Assembly: GCF_022045235.1 (NCBI RefSeq)
Contig: NW_027266308.1
Span: 66,712,001 to 66,776,000 of the forward strand
Reading direction: 5' to 3'
Source of the DNA: Haliotis cracherodii
Taxonomy: Eukaryota
Length of the DNA stretch: 64,000 nucleotides
Shown here: positions 1 to 8,085 of the stretch, one piece after another
Position numbering within the stretch: position 1 is the first letter of the stretch
How the letters are laid out: each line of letters opens with the position of its first letter
The notes under the pieces: model-generated
Told to the model about the DNA's origin: nothing
Seen by the model: only the letters and a program-made list of their open reading frames with translations
Database searches by the model: none
Position numbers and translations under genes: made by a program

Positions 1-2
1 AA

Positions 3-194
3 CAGGGTAACACCAGACGCCACCGGCCTACAACAACAACAACAACGATGACTACTAAGCCAAAAGTAAAGGCTCATGAAAATGTCATGAAAGCATATCA
101 AGCTGATGCTCTCAGACGATTGGTGCACATGCGGACCCAAAGAAAGTCCAAGAAGTCAGATCAACAGTTGCAACTCCCTCCTGCCACTGCCTGA
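3..194 (+). CDS. 3' end (or small ORF from ATG 48) of an unidentified Polinton gene
   Basis: Frame open from the window start to TGA at 192-194. The stop overlaps a GATAAAA element like other gene junctions in the element. No recognisable motif. Confidence 0.35.
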   Translation, partial: QGNTRRHRPTTTTTTMTTKPKVKAHENVMKAYQADALRRLVHMRTQRKSKKSDQQLQLPPATA

Positions 195-254
195 TAAAAG
201 AGAGAAGCTGCAGATCAGGTGACTCATTCAGACTAACACCTCCATGCAAGAAAG

Positions 255-583
255 ATGTCTCAGTGCCTCAGGAAACAGAAACACGCTCTGTGTCATTTGT
301 GTGCTGCCGCTCCAGCGATGCGCAAAGCCATTCTCAAACATGCTCCTACCGATCTCATCCGTGCCCTTTGTGAATGTGTGGTGAACTTGTATGCAGGCAA
401 TATTCCCATGACCACGACGCAACGTCAAAACTTGCAACGACACGGTAAAGTCTTGAATACGCTCATGAAAAAACAAGTACCTCTAAGCAAGAAACGTAAA
501 CTTCTTCAACATGGAGGAGGAAATTAGGAGGACTCATACCTCTTATTGGTTCTGCCCTAGCCTCGTTGTTTGGAGGAATGTAA
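255..583 (+). pseudogene. Conserved small Polinton virion protein with C-terminal amphipathic peptide; frameshift near 522-524
   Basis: RKAILKHA..DLIRALCECVVN...GNIP...KKRKLLQHGG matches a conserved Polinton small protein. The expected tail LGGLIPLIGSALASLFGGM* is present in the -1 frame (524-583). Confidence 0.7.
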
Positions 584-632
584 TAAATGGTCTGACACCA
601 GGAAGGTTGGGATCAGTGTGTGGTGTGTCACC

Positions 633-1587
633 ATGAAGTACGCACGCAAGATGGTGTTGGTGTCTGAAGACACATGGCAAAGTCTACAAGCCACCAAACA
701 ACGTCATCGTCAGACACTTCATACCCCTCTCTTGGAAAAGAAACGTCTCCAAAATTTGGAAGAGATGGACGCGTTGATGCAGAGGTCACAGCAGCCTTTT
801 CACATGCGGGAACAAGAATACAACCAACTGTTGCAACACATGCTAGAGTTGCAGCGCCAACAGCACAACAACAACAACCACAACAGCAACAACAACACCA
901 TCAAACCACTACAACCCAAAGTGACACCACCACTACCACCGTCATCACCATCAACAATGGACACCACAGGTAGACCTGCCCCTCCTCAACAAGTGATAGA
1001 CGAAGTGGTCATGAGTGTTCCTAAAGCCATGTCAAGTAAAGCCATGAATTTGATGACAAGGATTCAAAACAATCCCGACTTGAGTTGGACTCCAGAGGGA
1101 ACCCTGACCGTGGAAGGGAAACCTGTCCCTGGCACACACATGGTGGACTTGATCAACGATTTAGTGTGTCACCGGAAAACCAAAGAGGGACCTGCAGGTT
1201 GGACCATTTTGAGTCACCAACAGTCATGTCCCTCATGAAATAATTGGAAATCCTCAACGATGGCAATGGATGCAGAAGCAACAGCAGGAGCAGCAACACC
1301 ATCCTCATGCCACACCAGAAACACCCATAACCCAGTTCTCCCTCCCCACGTTCTCCCCGCAAAGTCACAAAGAGAGAAGAAGAAGAAGAAGGAGGCGGCA
1401 GCTGGATCCACAAGCGGAAGAAGATGAGATCCCACCCCCACCTCCTTCGTGGCAACTGGATCCACCAGTGGAGGAAGAAAAAGATGTGATGTCAACCCCA
1501 TGGTTGATGACTCCACCTCCATCTGATACCAAACAGGACAGAGTCATCAACAGGCGAGGTTCATGGATACCCTTTAGCACCACCTAA
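633..1587 (+). pseudogene. Conserved Polinton protein of unknown function, split by a frameshift near 1220
   Basis: MKYARKMVLV start and LSWTPEGTL.V.GKPVPGTHMVDLINDL...PAGW motif. The conserved continuation SHVPHEIIGNPQRW is in another frame and runs into ORF 1270-1587. Confidence 0.7.
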
Positions 1588-1660
1588 GAAAAACAAATAA
1601 ATCTCTCCCCTTCTCTATAAAAAGGCCATTCATGTAGGAAGTGGCATCAGTCTGAGAGAA

Positions 1661-2935
1661 ATGAAGCGACAGGCCAAGACGCGACAGAGCATTCTTCCCT
1701 CTGCTGCTGCTGCAGGGAAACAAAACAAAGGATTTCCTACTTCCCTTTGGACGGCCTGGTTGGAAAAAACCTACTTTCATCCTGAACATCCTGCAAGTTT
1801 TGGAGGCTGGCGACCTTTGTGGAAAGCAGCACGCATCCACGCTCAAGATGCAAGAACCAGTAAAAGCAAGAAGAAAACCAAGCCATCGCAAAGTCAAATC
1901 AAGCGTTGGTTGCAAACCAAAAGTACCTACACCTTGCACAAACCAGCCAGACGCTCCTTTCCCAGAGACCACTATCACGTGGGAGGGGTCGATGAACTGT
2001 GGCAAGCAGACTTGAGTGACATGATTGCCTTTCAAGACGACAACGAAGGATTCAAATATCTGCTGTGCGTGATCGATGTGTTTTCAAAGATGGCATGGGT
2101 GCAACCCCTGAAGGCCAAGAGCAGTTCTGCTTTGACAGAAGGTTTTCAAACCTTGTTGATGCAACAAGCCAAAGATCGACTCCCTGCTCAATTGCAAACA
2201 GACAAAGGCAGAGAATTTGTCAACCGTCCTTTCCAGGCTCTCATGACGAAGCATGGCATTCATTTCTACACCAGTCAAAATCCTGAAACGAAAGCAGCCG
2301 TGGTGGAACGGTTTCAAAGGACTCTGAAAAATAAAATGTGGCGATACTTTACACAGCATGGGACCAGACACTATTTGAAAGTCTTACCCCAGTTGATCAA
2401 GTCTTACAACCGTCGTGTGCATCGGACCATTGGCCAGCGACCTGTGGACGTCCTCCCAGGAGATCCCCCGTCAGAAATTCGGGTGTTAGACTACATGGAG
2501 GAAAAACAACAACAACAACAACGGCTTCAGCGCAAAAAGAAAATAACAGCTCAAAGACTGTCGTCCCCCAAGACAAGATCCCCCTCTCTTTTACTGCCGG
2601 GCACCCGTGTACGTCTGAACAAAACCAAAGGCACCTTTGAGAAAGGTTATCTCCCCAACTGGACCACCGAACTGTTTACGGTGGACCGGTTGGTGACAGG
2701 GAGAACACCACCTGTGTATCGGATCAAAGATGATCATGGTGAAGTCCTCCAAGGAACTTTTTACCCTGAAGAAATACAACCCATCTTGAAAACAGACGAT
2801 GTGTATGCCGTGGATCGCGTGCTAAAAAGACGTCCAGGACCGAAACAGGGTCAAGAAGAGGTCTTGGTGAAATGGACTGGTTACCCTGCCAGTTTTAATT
2901 CGTGGATCCCTGCAGATCATTTACAGATAAAATAA
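1661..2935 (+). CDS. Retroviral-type (rve) DDE integrase with C-terminal chromodomain
   Basis: WQADLSDM (D), LQTDKGREF (D), AVVERFQRTLK (E); FEKGYLPNWT motif; C-terminal YAVDRVLKRR...VLVKWTGYPASFNSWIP chromodomain. Intact 424 aa. Confidence 0.95.
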   Translation: MKRQAKTRQSILPSAAAAGKQNKGFPTSLWTAWLEKTYFHPEHPASFGGWRPLWKAARIHAQDARTSKSKKKTKPSQSQIKRWLQTKSTYTLHKPARRSFPRDHYHVGGVDELWQADLSDMIAFQDDNEGFKYLLCVIDVFSKMAWVQPLKAKSSSALTEGFQTLLMQQAKDRLPAQLQTDKGREFVNRPFQALMTKHGIHFYTSQNPETKAAVVERFQRTLKNKMWRYFTQHGTRHYLKVLPQLIKSYNRRVHRTIGQRPVDVLPGDPPSEIRVLDYMEEKQQQQQRLQRKKKITAQRLSSPKTRSPSLLLPGTRVRLNKTKGTFEKGYLPNWTTELFTVDRLVTGRTPPVYRIKDDHGEVLQGTFYPEEIQPILKTDDVYAVDRVLKRRPGPKQGQEEVLVKWTGYPASFNSWIPADHLQIK

Positions 2936-2980
2936 GGAGCATGCTGTCTCTCAGACTCATTCAGAGGGTGGACACACGCG

Positions 2981-3376
2981 ATGACAGAACCGCAACCACC
3001 ACCACCACCACCGTCATCACCTCTGCAGAGAAGCCTCTCAGCATCCGTGGGTACTGATGAACCACCCCTTGCTGCTGCACCTCGTCATCACCAGCGCCGA
3101 CACTCACCTTGGTGTTGTTTTGGCATGACGTTACCCCGCAGTGAAGTCGTGTTTTTTGCTCAGATCATTGTGATATATGGCGTGATCATCATGAGCATGG
3201 TACAGTTGGCCTTGGATCACGGAGAGAAACAGTTGTGGACAGCCCTGCTCTCCAGTTGTTTGGGATACATACTTCCACCACCCACCTTGGCCGCCTCACC
3301 AGGCATACCCACGACGACCCCGTCCACCAGAAGACTTCAACTTGATACCTCATCCACCCAGAGTTTTCTACCCTAA
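2981..3376 (+). CDS. Small predicted membrane protein of the Polinton
   Basis: Hydrophobic segments VVFFAQIIVIYGVIIMSMVQLAL and LWTALLSSCLGYILPPP. Position between integrase and minor capsid gene; preceded by TATA/Inr-like elements. Confidence 0.7.
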   Translation: MTEPQPPPPPPSSPLQRSLSASVGTDEPPLAAAPRHHQRRHSPWCCFGMTLPRSEVVFFAQIIVIYGVIIMSMVQLALDHGEKQLWTALLSSCLGYILPPPTLAASPGIPTTTPSTRRLQLDTSSTQSFLP

Positions 3377-3387
3377 CTCACGTCATC

Positions 3388-4434
3388 ATGGCTGCCACCT
3401 TTTTTTCGAAACAAGACTTTTACATGACCCTGCCCAGTGATGCCTCCATGGACATCTATCCAAACAACACCGTCAATGCGTATGAAATCAAGTTGCCTTA
3501 TCCTCTGCATCTGGACCGTCAACAGTGGGAGGTGGGCGTCAGCGAAGTTCACTTTCCGATGACATGGTACAACGTCGCCCCACCCTTTGACTGGTTTGCG
3601 CTGAACCTCAAACTGAAAAAAGACACCCTTGTGTATGAAAGCGCAGGGAGCGCTATACCACAGCCACAGTATGGTGTCGTCCATTATGAAAGCAAGAAGA
3701 TTCCTATCGACAAAGGGGTCTATTCATCTGAAGATTTGGTGAAAACCCTCAACCGTTTGATTCAGGAACATATTACGGATGTCTTGAAAGAACAGCCCTC
3801 AGACAGCGTCCAAAGTGATGGAAGACGGTTTGTCATTGATGTCAAGTATCCCGCAGATAGTCTTCGATTTGACATGCTTGAAGATGGAAAGGTGCGATTC
3901 CAAGCCCCTCAAGAAGTAGCAATCAATCATCCTCTCATGGGAAATACTGGTGGACCACTCTATTCCACGGAAGTGATCATGCCAAGTCCACTCTCGAGAA
4001 TGCTCGGATTTGTTCAACTACCGCTCCTCAGTGAGGAGGACTATAAAACCTACACAGAGACGGCCGTTCCCTTGACTGCCTTGGCCCATTGGCAAGTGGG
4101 GGCTACTCCCATGACCGGTGGCTATGTGGAAATCACAGGTGACACAAAAGCACATCATCTGTCAGGATTCGATACTGTGTACATTTACACCAACCTGGTC
4201 GAAGATCAAATTGTGGGCAATACGATGGCTCCCTTGCTGATCTACGTGCCTGTGTCAAAGAAGATGATGCAAGACAGTGTGGTGATTAAAAGCCCTCAGC
4301 ACATTCACTACCTTGGGTTGCGTCATGGTTCCTTTGACGGTATTAAACTCTATATCATGGACGACACAGGGCGACCCGTGCCATTTCAAATGGGGAAAGC
4401 CATCGTGACACTTCACTTCAGACGCCGCTACTAA
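3388..4434 (+). CDS. Minor capsid protein (penton, single jelly-roll)
   Basis: N-terminal FYMTLPSDASMDIYPNNT...LP..L....WEVGVSEVHFP and C-terminal VYIYTNLVEDQIVGNTMAPLL...DDTGRPVPF..GK..VTLHFRR motifs typical of Polinton minor capsid proteins. Confidence 0.85.
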   Translation: MAATFFSKQDFYMTLPSDASMDIYPNNTVNAYEIKLPYPLHLDRQQWEVGVSEVHFPMTWYNVAPPFDWFALNLKLKKDTLVYESAGSAIPQPQYGVVHYESKKIPIDKGVYSSEDLVKTLNRLIQEHITDVLKEQPSDSVQSDGRRFVIDVKYPADSLRFDMLEDGKVRFQAPQEVAINHPLMGNTGGPLYSTEVIMPSPLSRMLGFVQLPLLSEEDYKTYTETAVPLTALAHWQVGATPMTGGYVEITGDTKAHHLSGFDTVYIYTNLVEDQIVGNTMAPLLIYVPVSKKMMQDSVVIKSPQHIHYLGLRHGSFDGIKLYIMDDTGRPVPFQMGKAIVTLHFRRRY

Positions 4435-4447
4435 CGCAGAAAACAAC

Positions 4448-4813
4448 ATGTTGGGACACGCAATGGCACACCAGATGAATCGAGGACAGTTTGGCCAGCG
4501 TGGGAGTGGTATCAAAGTATACAAAGGACGTTATCAGCAACGTGGCAGTGGTCTTGGAGGTATCTTGAAGATGGCGTTGCCTTTCCTTAAATCTGCCGGA
4601 ACATCGGTGCTCAAGATGGGTAAAAAGATCCTGCCTGGGTTGGTGAGTGATGTGGTTGGAGGCAAACGCAAATGGTCAGAGAGTTTGAAACATCGCGGCA
4701 CAGCAGCCCTGATGGATGTCTTGGAGGAACGTGAGGAGCCGAGACCCCCTAAAAGCCGTAAAGTCGTCCCAACCACCACCACCACCACCCACCACAAACA
4801 GCGTAAAAGATAA
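4448..4813 (+). CDS. Basic core-like/internal virion protein (putative protease substrate)
   Basis: Two QRGSG motifs followed by LGGILKMALPFLKSAG amphipathic segment; Lys/Arg-rich; sits between the two capsid genes. Confidence 0.75.
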   Translation: MLGHAMAHQMNRGQFGQRGSGIKVYKGRYQQRGSGLGGILKMALPFLKSAGTSVLKMGKKILPGLVSDVVGGKRKWSESLKHRGTAALMDVLEEREEPRPPKSRKVVPTTTTTTHHKQRKR

Positions 4814-4903
4814 AGAAAAACGGTTTAAAGGTCAGTCCTCATCAGACTTTCAACCTGACCAGACGTCCTTCAAGGCAGAGAAAAGGGTGAAACATCCATC
4901 ATC

Positions 4904-6232
4904 ATGATGCGCCGAGATGCTTGCGAATGTTCAAAGGCCCAGTTGGATCTCTTTACTGTACCCCCTGTGTCCACCTCTGTGCAAGAGGGTCAGTGGATTC
5001 GCTATAGTCCCTTGGCACCACCCTCTGTAGCAGGACCACTCCAGTTTAACATTTCCAATCCCGTGAACGCTTACATTGATTTGAAACAGTGCTACCTGAG
5101 AGTATGTCTACGCGTGACGAAAGATGATGGCACGGATACCGTTCTAGCGGATAACCCCGTATCGACAGTCAACAATGTGATGCATTCCCTGTTTCGCGAA
5201 GTGCGGCTGCAAGTAGGACACAATCAGTTGGAGATCACACCCTCCATGGGCACTTACCCTTACAGAGCCTACTTGGAAACCCTTCTGAGTTATGGTACAG
5301 GAGCCAAAACATCTCACCTTCGATGTCCTGGATGGTTCACCGACGATGCTGGTAAAATGGATGTCTTCAATCCTGATGCAGATGCGAACACAAGAAACAC
5401 AGGTGTCAGAACGCGACGCGATCTTATCGTACCCACCAAAGAAGTGGAACTTACAGGCCGTCTACACTGTGACCTGTTTCTTCAAGACCGTTATCTGCTG
5501 GATGGTGTCCCTATGAAACTGGAATTGTTACGAAGTCCCGATGAGTTCTTCTTCATGTGTGCTGCTGATGGTGCCTACAAACTAGCGCTGACCAAAGCCG
5601 AATTCTATGTGCGTCAGCTCAACATCGATCCTGCTGTCCGAGAAACACACGTGTCCAGTCTGAACGCTGGGGTGACTGCCAAGTATCCCCTTTCACGTGT
5701 GCATGTGACTGCCCATGACATCCCGAGAGGCGGTAGGGACTTTCACAAGGATCACCTCATCGGTGGCCAATTACCAAAACGCGTGGTCCTGGGACTGGTG
5801 GACAATAGTGCCTACGTAGGAAGCAAAGAGAAGAATCCGTACAACTTCAAACACAATCATGTCACCATGATGAAGCTCAAAGTCAACGGCCAGGAAGTCC
5901 ATGGCACGGAAATAAAAAGCGACTTCAGCAACAACAGCGCCAATTTGAAACAAGTCTACATGAATCTGTTCCGAAATACGGGGCAGCTATGGCGACCTGA
6001 GACCTGCGAACTGACTCCCAAGGCCTTCACTCAAGGTTACACCTTGTGGGTGGTGGATCTCACCCCAGACCTTGGCGCTGATGAAGGCATCAACTACCCT
6101 CGACACACTGGCAAGCTGGCTTTGGAAATCCAGTTTGGACAAGCTCTCGAGGACCCAGCCACCCTCATCTGCTATGAGGAATACGAAAATGTTCTGGAAA
6201 TAGATCGTTTCCGGAATGCGATGATGGTATAA
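4904..6232 (+). CDS. Major capsid protein (double jelly-roll, Polinton PY/hexon-like)
   Basis: CECSKAQLDLFTVPP start, YPYRAYLETLLSYG, GRLHCDLFLQDRYL, GQLPKRVVLGLVDN, KNPYNFKH motifs; 442 aa intact. Confidence 0.9.
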   Translation: MMRRDACECSKAQLDLFTVPPVSTSVQEGQWIRYSPLAPPSVAGPLQFNISNPVNAYIDLKQCYLRVCLRVTKDDGTDTVLADNPVSTVNNVMHSLFREVRLQVGHNQLEITPSMGTYPYRAYLETLLSYGTGAKTSHLRCPGWFTDDAGKMDVFNPDADANTRNTGVRTRRDLIVPTKEVELTGRLHCDLFLQDRYLLDGVPMKLELLRSPDEFFFMCAADGAYKLALTKAEFYVRQLNIDPAVRETHVSSLNAGVTAKYPLSRVHVTAHDIPRGGRDFHKDHLIGGQLPKRVVLGLVDNSAYVGSKEKNPYNFKHNHVTMMKLKVNGQEVHGTEIKSDFSNNSANLKQVYMNLFRNTGQLWRPETCELTPKAFTQGYTLWVVDLTPDLGADEGINYPRHTGKLALEIQFGQALEDPATLICYEEYENVLEIDRFRNAMMV

Positions 6233-6285
6233 AAAGAGCAGCGACAGACGGTCATGCCACACTTTTTCTCCTCCTACAAGGAACC

Positions 6286-6864
6286 ATGGATGAACCACTC
6301 CGGTTGAGCACCTTGGATTTAGAAGCCCTCGTGGCTGATGACGAACCACTTCATGCCATCTACCGGGGCACCCTGGCCAGAGATGACTTTGCCAGACTGG
6401 GATGGCAACAGGATGACCCCTTTTACCCCAAAGCCTACGTGATCAACACGGATTTAAGCGATCAACCTGGCACACACTGGGTGAGCATCTATCGTCCAGC
6501 TCCTGGATCCGTGGAAATGATGGATAGCTATAGACTGTATTCATTACCCCTGTTTAAAGAGACTTTGAATCGCATGGGTCAGATTCAACAACGATGGAAT
6601 ACACGCCCCTTACAACATGGATACAGCACGTTGTGTGGGGTGTACTGTCTCTACATGCTGACCTATCGCGTGCGTGGGTGGACTTTTAATCAAGTGTTAG
6701 ATACGTTGGACTGGAAGGACACCACCAAGAATGATGCCATGGTATTAGCATGGTTTCATACCAAAGTGTCTACCTCCGTTCCTGTGGATGAGATGCCAGC
6801 CTTTCGACTGAGTGCCCAGACGCGTACGCTACATCAAAAGAACCAACCTTTCTGCCCTTATTGA
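6286..6864 (+). CDS. Adenain-like cysteine protease (virion maturation protease)
   Basis: INTD...PGTHW (His), DSY (Asp), PLQ (oxyanion Gln), STLCGVYC (Cys) in the adenain order. Confidence 0.9.
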   Translation: MDEPLRLSTLDLEALVADDEPLHAIYRGTLARDDFARLGWQQDDPFYPKAYVINTDLSDQPGTHWVSIYRPAPGSVEMMDSYRLYSLPLFKETLNRMGQIQQRWNTRPLQHGYSTLCGVYCLYMLTYRVRGWTFNQVLDTLDWKDTTKNDAMVLAWFHTKVSTSVPVDEMPAFRLSAQTRTLHQKNQPFCPY

Positions 6865-6923
6865 CCTGACACTTGTTCACTGAACCTACGATCACCTGAC
6901 TGTCAACATTCCTGATTGAGGAG

Positions 6924-7052
6924 TGTACATACGTTCACTGCGTTTTAGGAATGTACATACGTTCACTATCAAAGTGGCAAAAGTTCTTCTTTTTTTCAAA
7001 CTGTACATACGTTCACATACGTTCACATACGTGTACATACGTTCATGTTCAC
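6924..7052 (+). repeat. Cluster of TGTACATACGTTCAC repeats downstream of the protease gene
   Basis: 15-mer at 6924, 6952 and 7002, a near-copy at 7032, plus partial ATACGTTCAC copies. Confidence 0.85.
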
Positions 7053-7462
7053 AAAAGTCACAGGGACGCCCCTAATCCTGTGACTTTTGTTTTGTTGTGT
7101 TGGTTCATGTGAGCGGGGGATTAAAAAAAGTTGAACCCATAGTCGTGTTGTGTGGTCTGTAGGATGAAGAAAAACAAAACAGGATCGCCATCTCTCCCGA
7201 AAGACAACTTTCCTCCTTTGCTTTGACGACCCTCCCACCCACACCATGAACCCGTCTCCTCCTCCCTCCCTCCCTCCCTCCCTCCCTTCACCACCACCAC
7301 CACCACCACCACCCTCCCTCCCTCCCTCCACCACCGCCATCCCCGTCTATGTTTAGAACCACAACAACCACCACCACCACAAACGATGTTTGACGCGCTT
7401 CTTTCCATGTCGATCCCGTTCACCTTTGACGGGCGCTTCTCCGGGTTTTCCCCTACTCCTCC

Positions 7463-7743
7463 CCGGAAACGGAGGCAACGCCCTCTTGGAGGCGTGCGCC
7501 ACCGGACACGGAAGTGACGCCCTCTTGGAGGCGCGCGCCTCCGGAAACGGAAGCGACGCCCTCTTGGAGGCGTGCGCCTCCGGAAACGGAAGCGACGCCC
7601 TCTTGGAGGCGCACGCCACCGGAAACGGAAGCGACGCCCTCTTGGAGGCGCACGCCACCGGAAACGGAAGCGACGCCATCTTGGAGGCACGCGCAGGTCA
7701 CGTGACCGGAAACGGATGTGCCGCCATCTTGGATGCGCACGCA
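7463..7743. repeat. 39-bp GC-rich tandem repeat in the Polinton terminal region
   Basis: CCGGAAACGGAAGCGACGCCCTCTTGGAGGCGCACGCCA-like units starting at 7463, 7502, 7541, 7580, 7619, and diverged units at 7658 and 7706. Confidence 0.95.
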
Positions 7744-8014
7744 AGTCCCATCATGCACTGCGCAGGTCACGTGACCGGAAGTGACGTCACAGAGGTCACG
7801 TGATCCTCTCGACCAATCAGAAGCCAGGAGCGGTTCCATACCGATGTGCTTAACTACTGGGGATCTATAGCCCATTTTTATATTGTCTTGTTGATTATAC
7901 ATGTATTGTTTTAACTGTTCTCAACTAGTTTTACAATTGAACCTGTGATATTCTAGTTATCTTACTGTCCATCGTTGACAGCTTTTTATTAAATCACAAT
8001 GTAATTATTATAAC

Positions 8015-8085
8015 TGTTTCGTCGCGATATGGCTGAAATACTGCCGATGGGACGATAATTTTCACTCACTCACTCACTCATTCCT
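8015..8085 (+). mobile_element. SINE 3' tail fragment
   Basis: cgcgatatggctgaaatactgccgat... ending in (CACT)n. A related reverse copy is at ~9105-9168. Confidence 0.6.

Larger units (their letters stand above)
1..7858 (+). mobile_element. Polinton/Maverick (adintovirus-like endogenous virus), right-hand part; extends beyond window start
   Basis: Dense intronless same-strand ORFs for rve integrase, minor and major capsid proteins and adenain-like protease. GC-richer than the flank. Ends in ACTACT (7853-7858), the complement of the AGTAGT Polinton terminus, where composition switches abruptly to AT-rich host DNA. Confidence 0.93.

Noticed and set aside
674-2779. Alternative-frame and antisense ORFs overlapping the Polinton genes
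   Set aside because: Shadows of the main ORFs in low-complexity, GC-richer sequence.
7463-7743. CRISPR-like array
   Set aside because: The repeats are contiguous with no unique spacers, there are no cas genes, and the context is eukaryotic.
7121-7902. Arg-rich (RGRRFRFRWRAPP)n and other overlapping ORFs that look protamine-like
   Set aside because: They are by-products of a stop-free 39-bp repeat open in all frames within the terminal region; no independent coding evidence.
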